NCBI RefSeq assembly: GCF_036321535.1
Contig: NC_087437.1
Location: 115,818,001 to 115,882,000 of the forward strand
Direction of reading: 5' to 3'
Source of the DNA: Camelus dromedarius
Lineage: Eukaryota
Length of the DNA stretch: 64,000 bases
This document shows, in pieces, positions 1-11,215 of the stretch; within the stretch, counting starts at the first letter, position 1; the number at the start of each line of letters is the position of its first letter. The notes under the pieces were generated by a model. It had not been told where the DNA came from. It made no database searches and saw only the letters and a program-made list of their open reading frames with translations. The position numbers and the translations under genes were made by a program.

Positions 1-185
1 TAAGACATTTATCCCAAGAAAATTTTACAAGTGTCCATCTATTGTAGTCCAGGCACATTGCAGCCTCTTTTATAATAACAAAAAATTAGAAACAACTCAA
101 ATATCCACAGAGCACTGGTTAAACATACTGTGGCAGATATAATCAACGGAGTACTACACGGTCATTAAAAATGATTTCCCAGTAT
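1..185 (+). mobile_element. Old L1 (L1M/L1ME-type) ORF2-end/3' fragment
   Basis: atttatcccaagaaa...aaaaattagaaacaactcaaatatcca...ggagtactacacggtcattaaaaatgat resembles the conserved L1 3' region; further L1ME-like sequence probably continues at about 460-700. Confidence 0.6.
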
Positions 186-279
186 TTTGCGATTGGATGA
201 ACTTCTAGTCGCACTCACTGCTGCCCGGTACTCACATCTCTCTTCCTTGTGCTACTGTTTGCTTCTTATCCAGCACTTT

Positions 280-460
280 TCACCTTCCAGCATGAAAGAA
301 GTTACTTATTACATTCATTTTTTTGTCTGTTGCCTCATCAGAAATGAAGTTCCCCTAGGGCAGAGATCTATGTGTGTTTTATTGGCTGTTGGATCTCAGG
401 CCCTGGAAAAAGTACCTGGCATGCAGCATGCCCCAGCACCTATTTATTGGATGATAGGGT
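280..460 (+). mobile_element. L2 LINE 3' end
   Basis: aagttcccctagggcagagatct...aaagtacctggcatgcagcatg...tatttattggatga, the typical L2 terminus. Confidence 0.6.
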
Positions 461-795
461 ATGTGTTTATCAACCGGGCAGGTTGTCTATGCCACGGCGT
501 TAAGTGGAAAAGCAGAATAAAGTGTACAGTCTACCCTGCACTCACTGCCTTCTGGCAGTTATATGTGTGTGTAGAAGAATGTCATCCAAAACCTTCATGT
601 AGATCAGCCTCTGAGTTGCAAGTTTGTGGATGTTTTTGCTTTCTTTCATTTTTTTCTATCTAAACTTTCCCTTAATATTTCTATCATCTAAAAATCAGTA
701 GGACACATAAAGCTATTTCTGTTTTAAATAACCAGAACAAATGCGGTGTACAGCTACTGAACCACGCCCACTGGGTTTGGTGACGGATTCACCAG

Positions 796-1155
796 TGCAG
801 TGAGTTGAATGGTGTCCCCACCAAATTCATGTCCACCCGAACCTCAGCATGTGACTTTATTTGAAAGTAGAGTCTTGCTGATGTAAGTAAAATATGGATC
901 AAGATGATATCATACCGGATTAGGGTGCGCCTCAAATCCAATTAGAGCATTCTCCCAAGAGACAGGAAAGGACATACAGAGACGCAGAGAAGGTGCTGTG
1001 ATGACAGAGGCGGGGATGGGAGTGATGCGGCCACAGGCAAGGAGCAGCTGGGAAGGCTAGAAGGTGACAGCCAAGGCGGGATTCTACCCTAGAGATTTCA
1101 GAGCGAGCGCGGCCCTGCTGACACCTTAATTTCAGACTCTGACCTCCAGAACAGT
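796..1155 (+). mobile_element. MaLR LTR (MLT1B/C-like), 3'-truncated
   Basis: gttgaatggtgtccccaccaaattcatgtccacccgaacctcagcatgtgac...gattctaccctagag...ctgctgacaccttaatttcagactctgacctccagaac. Confidence 0.85.
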
Positions 1156-1494
1156 GGAGGACCTTGAGCCGGGGGAGTTTTGAGCACATTTACATGCTCA
1201 GATGAAGCCAGAGGGGAGAGGTTGACCCTAGAAAGAAGAGGGGAGTGGGGAAGGTGGTGTCTGTGGAATGGAAGTCAATCCAAAGTGCCATCAAGAGCAA
1301 AGGTGGAGGGGTGGACATGTACGGAAAAAAGGATGCAGCTTCCCCCTGAGAGGTCGGTGTGATGTGGAGAGGAAGGGAGGTGGGAAGGGAATGTGGGCAG
1401 CATCTCTCTTGGGCTTTGTGTCATGGCGGAGCTTCAAAGGGGCTCTGCATAATCACAGGTCAGCCAAAGCCTTCCCCATCCTTACTGGGCAAGA

Positions 1495-2010
1495 AAAGCA
1501 CCTGTAATCAGACATTTGCACACTCCTGTTCACAGCAGCAGTATTTACCATAGCCAAAAGGTGGAAGCAGCTGAAGTGTTCATCAACAGATGAATGGATA
1601 AGCAGAATGTGGTCTATACATACAATGGAGTAATATTCAGCCTTGAAAAGGAAGGGAATTTGGACACAGGCTACAACATGGATGAATCTAGAGGACATTG
1701 TGCTAAGTCAAATAGTCACAAAAGGGCAAATATTGTATGAGTCCACTTATACAAGGTCCCTAGAGGAGTCAGATCCATAGACACAGAAAGTAGAATGGTG
1801 GTGACCAGGGGCTGGGGGAGGAGGGGATGGGGAGTGAGAGTTAGAAGGCACAGAGTTTCCATTTGGGAAGATGATGTGTTCAGTGGATGGATGATGGTGA
1901 TGGTTGCCCAGCAGTACGAATGTCCTTAATGCCACAGAACTGTAGACTATATACAATGGATGATATGGTAAAATTTATATTGTAGAGATTTTACCACAGT
2001 AGAAAAGTAA
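1495..2010 (+). mobile_element. L1MB-type LINE-1 3' end
   Basis: catagccaaaaggtggaagcag...tcaacagatgaatggataagcagaatgtggtctatacatacaatggag...agaaagtagaatggtggtgaccagggg...ttttaccaca. Confidence 0.9.
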
Positions 2011-2929
2011 ATTGTGTTAGCAAAAAGAAAAGCATATCTATTTTCCAAATGAAAGGAGATGATTACCTTCTAAAATGAATTCTTGTCTTACTTCAGGAAA
2101 AGGTTTACAAACAGGGATAATGAATTTCAGGCAGTGGTGCTCCAGACTGAGGACAGGGTGGGGCTTTCCTGCTACACTCATCCCAGAATTGTTCAATTTA
2201 CGCTCCCATTTACGACTGGTACACGTTTGAGAGCCAATTCAGACCTGTAGTTTCAGGCGGTGCTTGAAGTTCAAAGTCAATAGTTAGCTTTCGGCCCCTT
2301 GCCCTGATGCCTGTCTTTCTGAGTAAGTTCTTATCTGAAGATTTTCCCTCCCTGGGGGCTGGTGGTGATGCTTGTCACTGACGCCTGATGTGTCATGGGA
2401 AGGTGAGTGGTTTTTATTTGTCCTGACCTTGAGCTGTTGTGACCGTGGGGACTACTATAATCTGAAATCCGGACAGACTGGCAAGTTTGAAATCGCACGT
2501 GTGTGTAGCAGTACGGCTCTGTCGTTCCACTGGGACCATATGACAGTGACTAAAAGTCAAAGGTTCCTTTTACAATCTTAGCTGGGGGTGCTCTACAATG
2601 TGAACCCATATTTAGAGTGTCTAGTACCTACTGCAAGGTCAGAGGACTAACGTTGGCTGCTCAGTACATGGATATGACTTTGTAAATTGTGGAATTTCAA
2701 TGCCTAGAGTAGAGTAGGAAAGGACGAAGGAGAATGACATTCAATACCCTGATTTCTCTTCTCATGGGATTTCAAGAAGCAGGACCCTGGATAGTTAGAA
2801 CCATTATGAACCTCTCAGGATCGCAGCATACAGTTGTGTAGGTTGTGCACTGCACGAGGAGGGAAGCAAGAGGGCTGAGGTCCAGTCTGTGCTTTGCCTG
2901 CCTAGCCAGCAGTCCTGGAACTGTAAGCA

Positions 2930-3050
2930 TCATTTATTTCATTCTTCTCCTTTTTATTACACACAAAGAAAGTGAGGCCCAAGGAAGCCAACTGACTTGC
3001 CAGGAAGCAGAGCCAGCGTGAGCTCTGAGAACATGGAATCCAGTGTGAGG
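2930..3050 (-). mobile_element. MIR SINE remnant
   Basis: aaagaaagtgaggcccaaggaagccaactgacttgccagg resembles the reverse MIR core. Confidence 0.5.
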
Positions 3051-3360
3051 TCTCCCACCTCCCCTGTTCTCTGAGGAGGTGGCTGCCTCAGGCTTTTCCC
3101 TCCTTCAGAGGCCTTGGACTTGGTGGTTTGCTTCTGGAGTGAGAATCCCCCACTGCTCCCGATGACTCCAGTGTGGGCTTAGCCTCAGCCAGACCTGGGG
3201 CATCCCTGCTCGACTGCCCACCAGCCCGGGGACCTCAAGTCATAGGTCATTCATTTGCTAAATGGGGTGAAATTCTCCCCTGCTGGGCTGATGGAAGAAT
3301 GAAATGATGTAATGCCCACTGGGCAGTGTGGACTGTGACAAGGTGATGGGCTTTGGTGGT

Positions 3361-3550
3361 GGGCAGACCTGGCTGGAACCTGGCTTTCCCATCTCCCATC
3401 TGTGTGCATTTGCTCAGGGCACTTCTGTCTCTGAATGTCAGTTTCCTCAATTATAAAACGAGAATAATAAGACCTCCTTTGCGGGGTTACTGTGGAAAAG
3501 AAATAGATCACCTGGTATATAGCATACCTGGAACAAATGGTGGCAATTAT
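3361..3550 (+). mobile_element. MIR SINE
   Basis: ctctgaatgtcagtttcctcaattataaaacgagaataataagacc, the MIR core. Confidence 0.75.
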
Positions 3551-4670
3551 GACAGTGTCTGGGTCGAGGAAGGTACACAATTTGTAGCTATAACAGCCAC
3601 TATTTTTATAAGCTCAACATTGTCCTGGAAACTGTGAGAAATTCAGATGCAATCTGAGACACAGATGGGTAGACCCATCTGGAAGCTAGGAGCCCGCTTG
3701 GTGACACAGGATTGCACACTGTCCCTTATCCATGTGCACTTGCCTTCTACATGGTGGATGAGAGACTAAGAACATTCTAGCATGTCAGAGACAGAGGTTG
3801 GCAGTGGTCAGACTAATAATTAGCAAAGGCATCTTGAAAAACGTGGGACACGAAAGCCAGCCTTTACTGAATGAACATCTACTATGTGCCAAGTACTGGG
3901 CGGGGCACCACAGCCACCAGGAAGTGTGGACCCAAATTACAGGCGAGGCAATAGAGGTCCAGAGGGTTGAGTCCTGTCTGCTGAAGGCACCATGCCGGAC
4001 ACAGAAGGGGTGACAAGCACTGTCCAGCTCAGAAGGGGGACAGCCTCTCCAGTCCTTCCTTCTCCCTGTCCATGCACGGTGGTCACCCAACCTGGAGAGC
4101 CCACACAACAGATCTGACTTTCCAGCCTTGAGGAGAGATGAGGAGGGGACGGAAGAGGAGAGAGAGTGGTTTCTTAGTTTTCTAAGAGAGCTGAGATCTG
4201 AGACAGCCTCTCTCGGATATTAGACTTGTGAGACGCAAATTTTCCAAGGGCTTGGTACGCTCTAGGGGAAGGACAGGGGAAGCTCTTTCAGAGTAACAGG
4301 TCCCTCCCTGACTGAAGGGCAGGTTTCCCTGTACATTTTCTGGCGCAAGACTGGGGGTAGGTTTTGCTCAAACCACGCCACCTTGTGGATTTTCCCAGCA
4401 GAGGAAGGACCAGTGAATCCAGCCCTCAACGTTAGCCAGAGTTCCAATTTTAGCCAAATGTTTCAGCCCACTTCCCACAAACCTCTTTCTGTTAAGAATT
4501 CTTGTGAGTGGAAAATTGAATTTCCTTTCCTCTGCTGCCCTGCTCCTGAGGGCGACAATAATTGGGTTTCAGAAGGAAAAGTGTCTTTGAGCAGTGACCA
4601 GGTAATTGATGGTTCAGGATAACTGGTCCCCACAGTTAAACACCTGTTGGGGGGTTCCACCTGCTACCAG

Positions 4671-4716
4671 CAAAAAAAAAAAAAAACAAAAAACAACAAC
4701 AACAACAACAAAAAAT
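4671..4716. repeat. A-rich/(CAA)n simple repeat
   Basis: caaaaaaaaaaaaaaacaaaaaacaacaacaacaacaacaaaaa. Confidence 0.9.
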
Positions 4717-5784
4717 GGGGCCTGGAGAGCAGGATTCAGGGTATTTTCTTTGCTTTAACAAGGTATGTTTAATTTTTACAAGAAAATGGTAATTTCTCTG
4801 TACTGTTTTCTGTATCAACATCACCTTTACTACGCAACCCATAGGCATCAAGTCATTTAACTTTGCACTTCGAGTTTAAATGTTAGCAATTTGAACAGAT
4901 TAATGCCCACGTCCTCTTTTCCCATGAAGGCTTGTATCCTCCGAATGTATTTCAGTGATTACACTAATTCCTGCATCAATAAAACAGAATGGCTTTTACT
5001 GAGATGTGGTTTAAATTCCTGGTGAAACTTGATTGGAATGCAAAAAGCCTACATTTTGCACTTCATTAAATCCACGTTGTTCTGGAGAAACCCGCAGTTG
5101 GCATTTCAGAGTCTTTTGAAGAGAAGAGTTCCCTCAGTCATTACTTTAACACCTAGGAGCCGGCATGTCCCTACCCAGGGCTTTGTGGAAGGGAAACGAT
5201 CTGGATTTGGGGTCTGGAGACTCAAGTCCTCAGATAAACACGTGGTCACTGATCTTGGGCTACTGACCTTCCTCCCCCACGTCTCGAGGTCCTTCCTCCA
5301 AGGACTGGTGGTAGACAACTTACCCCACCAGCTTTCATCCTGAAAAATACTTCCCATCCACCATTGTTTTTTAGGATGAAATAAGAAATTTCTTTTAAAA
5401 GGCAGCTTGATGTATTTTTGGATGGTCTCTATCCAGCGAAGTAAACTGCATCTTATTTTCTCCAGAAAGAAAATCAAATATAATTTTTGCCACAAGTTAT
5501 CAAAAGCCTTTGGCAAGTTTTCAGTAGATGCGAGAATCACGGCTCACCGTCCACTCACGCATACAGTTCCATTCCATGAGGCTTGTAAACCCCCCAGGTT
5601 TCAAGGAAGAGAATGGCTCCCCACCCCCTCAAATGACAGGTAGGTGTGGTCCTTCTGTCAACCTCCACCGGAACTTCTGGGGCAACCTGGTTTTCTGTGA
5701 ACATAACCAGACTTCCGGGTTCTCTTCAAGATGGTACTTGACTGATGCAGGCTGCCAGGTGACTGGAGAGGCATCTCATCTCAC

Positions 5785-5961
5785 CGGCTCCATTTTCAGC
5801 AGTCTCTTGTGTCTTAAGTGTTTTCCTCATTTGCTGGAGTCACTGTGTGTTGCCCACCCGAGGCTCCGAGCTGCTGGCAAGCAGAATCTGCATCTCTAGG
5901 TTGGATGTGTATCTGGTTCTCTATTTGCCAGGTTCCAGGGATATCCTTTTCCTTTCTTAAT
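5785..5961 (-). other. Candidate first exon ending ATG GAG CCG | GTGAGA
   Basis: Strong-context ATG (aaaATGG, 5791-5793), 9 coding nt, then a consensus-like donor CCG|GTGAGA (intron starts at 5784); lies directly downstream of the candidate TATA; gene not recognised. Confidence 0.35.
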
Positions 5962-6010
5962 GATTTCACCGTCTGGGGATACTTTATAAACTGGGTGGGG
6001 TGGGTTTCCT
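5955..6010 (-). promoter_or_regulatory. Candidate Pol II core promoter (tandem CACCC boxes, TATAAAG, Inr-like TCATT)
   Basis: Minus strand reads GGAAA-CCCACCCCACCC-AGTT-TATAAAG (TATA 5982-5988), with an Inr-like TCA at 5961, 27 nt downstream of the TATA start. Confidence 0.4.
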
Positions 6011-6299
6011 CCTATGAGGGCAGAGAGTAGGGGGATGGTTCAAACTGCTCCCACTGGGAGAGCTGGGTGGAGTGGGCTCTGTGATGCACCTGCTTCTGGT
6101 CTGAGCCAGAGGGAAGTTGCTGAGGCCTCAAAAGACTCCACAAAAATCAACCGGTCCAAGGATGCTACGGAGGTGGGAGTGAGACGTGAGGAATCTTCAG
6201 ACCCCCCCTTGACGCCCCCTCCAAGTCCGGGACTCTGTACGTTGGGTTAAGACCACTGTTTTGCTGCTAGAGTGACTTCACGGGGGAAGGAGGGGGACA

Positions 6300-6447
6300 C
6301 TTGATCGGAGAGTTTGCCAATTTCTGTGTTGTCAAAACTCCCATCGTGACTAATTTCAACCTACCAACTGTTGACCAGCTCTCAGAATTCCTAAGTATGT
6401 AACAGTCGGCTCTCAGGGGCTGATGAACCTACTTCCGTACTTGACTG
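6300..6447 (-). mobile_element. MER63A-like hAT-Blackjack MITE
   Basis: tttgccaatttctgtgttgtcaaaactcccatcgtgactaatttcaacctaccaac...cagaattcctaagtatgtaacagtcggctctc, reverse of the MER63 motifs also seen at 29738-30834. Confidence 0.7.
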
Positions 6448-6519
6448 GATCAAATCCTACATCTGGAGTTGGAGGGTGAAGGGATCCTGTTTTGAAGGGG
6501 AGGGAAAGTGAAGGGATAA

Positions 6520-6660
6520 TAGATTTGGGAAACATTGCCCACTCTGCCTCCCTCTTGGAGAGTTCTAGAACAAGTTAGCAGGTTAAGGCTTCTGAGACAT
6601 CCTGTTATGTAGATAAATAGCACTGCAATTGTATGTAGCTGCTTCCTGTGTTTCCCCCAG
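6520..6660. mobile_element. hAT-Charlie fragment (MER103C-like)
   Basis: tttgggaaacattgcccactctgcctccctcttggagag...ttagcaggttaaggcttctgaga. Confidence 0.4.
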
Positions 6661-8019
6661 AATGCCTCAAGTGCCATGGAGCTCAGACCACGCATACACA
6701 GCTAGGTGCCGCAGAACACGGTCTGCAACACGGATTTGCTGGTTCCTGCGGTGAAGGTGGGACCTGGAGGCTGTCGGGGCCGCACTTGGCCTTCTTCACG
6801 TTGGCTCAGATCCCGCCCACCGGGCTCTGCGTTTGGCTGACACAGCCTGCACCCTGACTCAGCGCAGTGTTCTCGGGGGCCCGCCCACCCTCGTTCCTCC
6901 TCCCTCCTCTCGGCTGGTCTCGATAGAGATGTGACTCAGTCACCAGGCGACGAGCGAAGATGAGAGTGACATATTATCCAAACAGGGGACGGCTCCCTGA
7001 CACAAATGGGAGGTGAGCCTAGACTGTTGCTAGACTCGGAGGGGAGGGTGGGAGTCGAGATTCTGAAACAGAATCGCTTAACCAGGAAGGGGTGCAGCCC
7101 GAGGCTGGGAATCACCCACACCCTCTTGGCGCCGCTTTCCCTGCTTTAACCCAGTCCGTCGTCCCCGGGGGCCTGAAAATGCAACCCGTCCATGTTCCAG
7201 CAGGGTGCTGCCCCTCAGGGTGGCAGGAGGCCCCCCAGACCACAGCCCCTAGGGTTTGGGTGCTTCTGTGCATTTATCCCCCTCCAGCCCTTCTCCCCGA
7301 AGCTCTGGCCTTGGGCGAATTATGATTTGGCAGCAAAGGGGGCTGGTGCCAGGGCCAGAGTGGTATCCAGACTGGACCCCACCCCAATGGGTCCTCGCCA
7401 GAGGCCTAAGAGGGGGCTGTGGGGAGGAAGGGGTGCTTAAAGCCTGAAGTAACTTTAAGTCCTTGAAGTGACTTGTTTGATGGAAACCTACGGCTGGAGG
7501 CAGAAGACAAAGGGACGTCTGCCGTGAGAGGCCCGAGGCAGCCTCGCTGGTGGAGGCCGAGGGCGAGGCCCAGTCCCTAGAGCAGCAGCTGCTGTGGCTT
7601 CTGGAGCCGGACGGATTCTTGGGGGCAAACCCGCCATAATCAAATGCCCATCCCTGCAAAATGCTTGCTGTTCCCGCTTCCCCGCTGTGATGTGATCACA
7701 TCACAATGTCCCAGGGGCCGCCGATGCCCAGGGTCCGAGGGGGGAGGCTCTGCGTCCTGGAGCCCATCTGTGGGGTGTGTGAGTTGGGATGCACTTGGGT
7801 CCGGACTCCAGAAAGGAAGGAGGATTCTCTCCTCTTGGCTCTCATGGCTTCCCAGGTAGCTTTGGCCGTGGGTGAACTTCACGTAGAATCTAGGGTGAAG
7901 TGTGGCCCCAGGGCTCGTCTCAAAGCCGATGAGCTGAGACACGCAGCCCCGGCGTCATAAGTGCGGGCTTAGCGCCCTGTCTCTACCACTTTGGTGCCGA
8001 GACTCCAGCTGGGCGCCCA

Positions 8020-8100
8020 CCTCTTGCCATGTACTGTGCTAAGCCCCGGGGTTACAAAGATGCATAAAACCTAAATCCCTGCTGGGAAGATGCCACGTTC
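8020..8100 (-). mobile_element. L2 fragment
   Basis: tgccatgtactgtgctaagccccggggttacaaagatgcataaaacctaaatccctgc. Confidence 0.5.
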
Positions 8101-8189
8101 CTTCATGGCTGGACAGTGGTCTGAAGTCAGGGCAGAAGTGAGGGGAGAGATTTGTGTGGAATCGGAGAAGGTGTTCTTTGAAACGTTGT

Positions 8190-8340
8190 GCTGGAATCGG
8201 GAGGAGGGTGTCAACTAGGGAATGTGTGGGAACTTGGTGGAGATGGTAGTTGCACAGCTTTGTCAGTGTACTGAATGCTGTCAAAATGTCCTTCAGAATG
8301 ATTAGTTTTCATGTAATACAAATTTCATCTAAAAAAAAAT
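8190..8340 (+). mobile_element. L1M extreme 3' end with A tail
   Basis: gatggtagttgcacagctttgtcagtgtactgaatgc...aaatttcatctaaaaaaaaa. Confidence 0.7.
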
Positions 8341-10744
8341 GTTGCATTGGATGGTAAAAATCCAGAAGTCATGCCTCCCCATCTGCCCAAGCCTGAGAAG
8401 TGCACGGGCAGCTGGGAGGTGGAGCGCGCTGGGACACCTGCCGGCGCCGCTGCCCTCGTGGGGAGCCAGACACAGGCGAGGGCTACCCCCCAGCAGCCTG
8501 GCGAGGCTGGCTCCCTGCGTACGGGCCGTTCAGTCCCCAGTGCCAACCACTGCTTCCAAGGCCAGCCTAGAACATCTGGCAAGTCATTACCAACCAGTGG
8601 CTGTGATGAATGCCCATGAGCTGCAACGGACGTTAGCATCTTCAATAATGTTTATATGCAAGTTAGACACTCATTGCCACAACGGGCCATTGCAGTTGCC
8701 TGTGTGACACTAAGCTTTTCTTCTGAGAGCCATTTGCCAACAAATCACTTTGGGTGCCCCACGGCTTTCCCTTTGTGACGTTGGACTTTTTCTTTTCTTG
8801 CTCGGCACTCTCTTCCTGGTGGGCTTTGATGTCTGGGGGTGCCCGGCCCTTTCCTTAGAAAGCACGGCTTGTTCTTTCCTTGAGGCCCCCCCTCTGCCCG
8901 CCAGGGCCTGACGCCAAGGGAAGGCCTGTTTCATCTCGCCTCTCTGTGGATGTGTCTGCTGAAGGAGAAAGTCTCACTCGGGGTTAGAACGGCCAGAAGT
9001 TGGCTGGACTTGGGCCCATCACTGATTCGCTCCGTGAGGCCACTCCCCACTTTAACCTGCAACACTTCGTGGATGTTCATCTGGCATTGGAAACATTGGT
9101 GTTTTCCTTCTCTCAGCTCAGACTGTGTGTTTCTCTTGCAAAATTAAGGGTATTTGCAAAGTGGAGCAGAGGGAAAATCAGGAGGGGGATTTCTCTGCAG
9201 TTCTTTGCCTGTTCTATTTGTTTGTTTTGTGATGTCATCTTGCTAAAAGGAAGAAATGGTTTCCCCAAGCAACAGCCTTGCATTTGGGAACACCTTTGGG
9301 CAGTTCTGACCGTAGGTGGTCTCAAATAGAGTCTTCGGTCCTGGAAGGGAAAGCGGTCTGGAAAGAAGACAGTGGCTTCCCTCCCCTCCATTCACAGCCT
9401 GCTGAGGGTGGGGCTGAGGGGGTTCTGGGGAGAGGGTCGGAGCCCCCGCAGAGGCTCTGTGCCCACGAAGCCACAGCTCTGGGCTCCCTCTGTACAGAAA
9501 AGCAGCTCATTGCTGCACGGTGAAGCTGTTTGGCCCTATACAGCTCTGTCTGGGGACTCAAGGCTACTCTGGTCCTGGGTTTTCAAGCCTACATGTGAAT
9601 GAGCTGGGGCTGAGCTGGAAGACTCTGTGGCTGGGATGCACCTCTCATGGAAGATGCCTTTGGAAGAAAGGGAGAAAGCTCTCACCTTCAGCCAGAGGAG
9701 CTTCCTGGGCTCTGCACCTGCTCAGCTCCCGGGGAAGCCGGAGCAGAAGGATGGGTTCAGAACAAGGGCTTTGTGGTTTTCCGATGCTGTGTTTGTTTGA
9801 CGTTCCCATCATGCTCTTTTTAAACAGTGAGGCTGCGAGCTCCTTTGGTTGTCTGCTCCCACAGACGACTGGTTGGGCCATGGTGACAGGCAGCCCTTAG
9901 GGTAACTATGATGCCCATAGATTACAAATGGCTGGGCACTTCCCCACCCCTGTGGTCAGTCGGCGGCAATGCTGTGTGGTTTCATGCTCTTGGGATGTGG
10001 TCCTTTTAAAATTACATTTTCTCCTGCTTCTGTGTGCCTCCTCCGGGACCCATTGGCAGTGCTGTGCGCTCTGCATAGCCTCCCGCTGCATTCTCCTTGC
10101 CTTTTGGTTCTTCCACAAAGGTTTATTTGATTTCTTTAAAGTCACTTGATTGAATTCTCAACACAAGTACATACACTGAAGTAATTACATCTGCTCTTTT
10201 CTTAAAAGGAAAAATAGAAATCTGTGTTCTCTCGGCTTTGCCTTGCCTGTGGAACTCAACAGTTGCAAATGATGTGTCCTTGAAAAGTCATGTTTTATCT
10301 AGTTTTGCAGACTTTTGGCTTATATCATAAATTCAGAGGTGCTGGTGCTTCTAACCATAAATCTCACATTCCTATTTATTTCCTTTTCCCTGAGCCTCAA
10401 GGACTATTTTTCAAATAAATGCTCAGGTGGACCAGGAGAGATTTTGTTTGTGTGTTTGTCTCGATGGGCCCTGCGTTGACTTGGTTAATGCTGTTTCTAA
10501 GACAGTCAGTGTAACGGCTCAGGTACCGGCTCGCCCTCCTCCCAGCACCAGCCCTCTGTGATAGCTTCCTGATATGCGCAATACAAAGAGGTCCTTCTTA
10601 GCCTGCAAGTTCCTCCTGGGGTGGGCTGTTGGGCTCATTTAATCTGGGAAAAATGAGTCACTTTTGCTGGAGAGAATCCTGTGATGGTCACCAGAGGAGG
10701 GGACAGGAAACCCGCTGGTCTCTTGCGATCTCATGGATCTCCAT

Positions 10745-11215
10745 TAATATGGCGACCACTTGCCACGTGTCGCTATTAGGCATTTGAATGAGCCTCATCC
10801 AAATTGAGATGCTCTGTCAGTGCAAAGTAAAAGGGGGGGTCTTGTTTATTTATTGAGAGGGGGGAGGTAATTAGGTACATTTACTTGTTTATTTAATAGA
10901 GGTACTGGGGATTGAACTCAGGACCTCATGCATGCTAAGCATGCTCTCTACCACTGAGCTATACCCTCCCCCCCTTAAAGGGGGAATTTTGAAGACATAA
11001 CTTGAAAAGTCATAATGTAATCATGCAAAACGTCTCATCAATGGCTTTCATATCAATTACATTAGAATATGATAATACTCTGTATGATTATATTGGGTTA
11101 AATAAAATATATCACCATGTTAATGTCACCCATTTAGCTTTGCTGTTAAATGTGCTTCCTAGAAGAGGTAAAATAATACAGGTGGCTGGCATTGTATTTC
11201 CACTGGGCAGGGCTG
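10745..11215 (+). mobile_element. MER33-like hAT-Charlie element, interrupted by a SINE
   Basis: aatatggcgaccacttgccacgtg...ccaaattgagatg // tattgggttaaataaaatatat...gtggctggcattgtatttccactgggcagggctg terminus. Confidence 0.8.
10841..10974 (-). mobile_element. tRNA-Ala-derived camelid SINE (vic-1 type)
   Basis: Minus strand GGGGAGGGTATAGCTCAGTGGTAGAGAGCATGCTTAGCATGCATGAGGTCCTGAGTTCAATCCCCAGTACCTC (A and B boxes, AGC anticodon arm), followed by a body CCTAATTACCTCCCC shared with the copy at 60458-60579. Confidence 0.85.

Noticed and set aside
1453..1956. Minus-strand ORFs (MSSRFIHVVAC...), with similar ones at 41619 and 58257
   Set aside because: They are antisense readings of L1 3' sequence, a common source of spurious predicted proteins.
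10900..10974. tRNA-Ala(AGC) gene
   Set aside because: The acceptor stem is altered, it is followed by a SINE body shared with 60458-60579, and it interrupts MER33; it is a SINE head.
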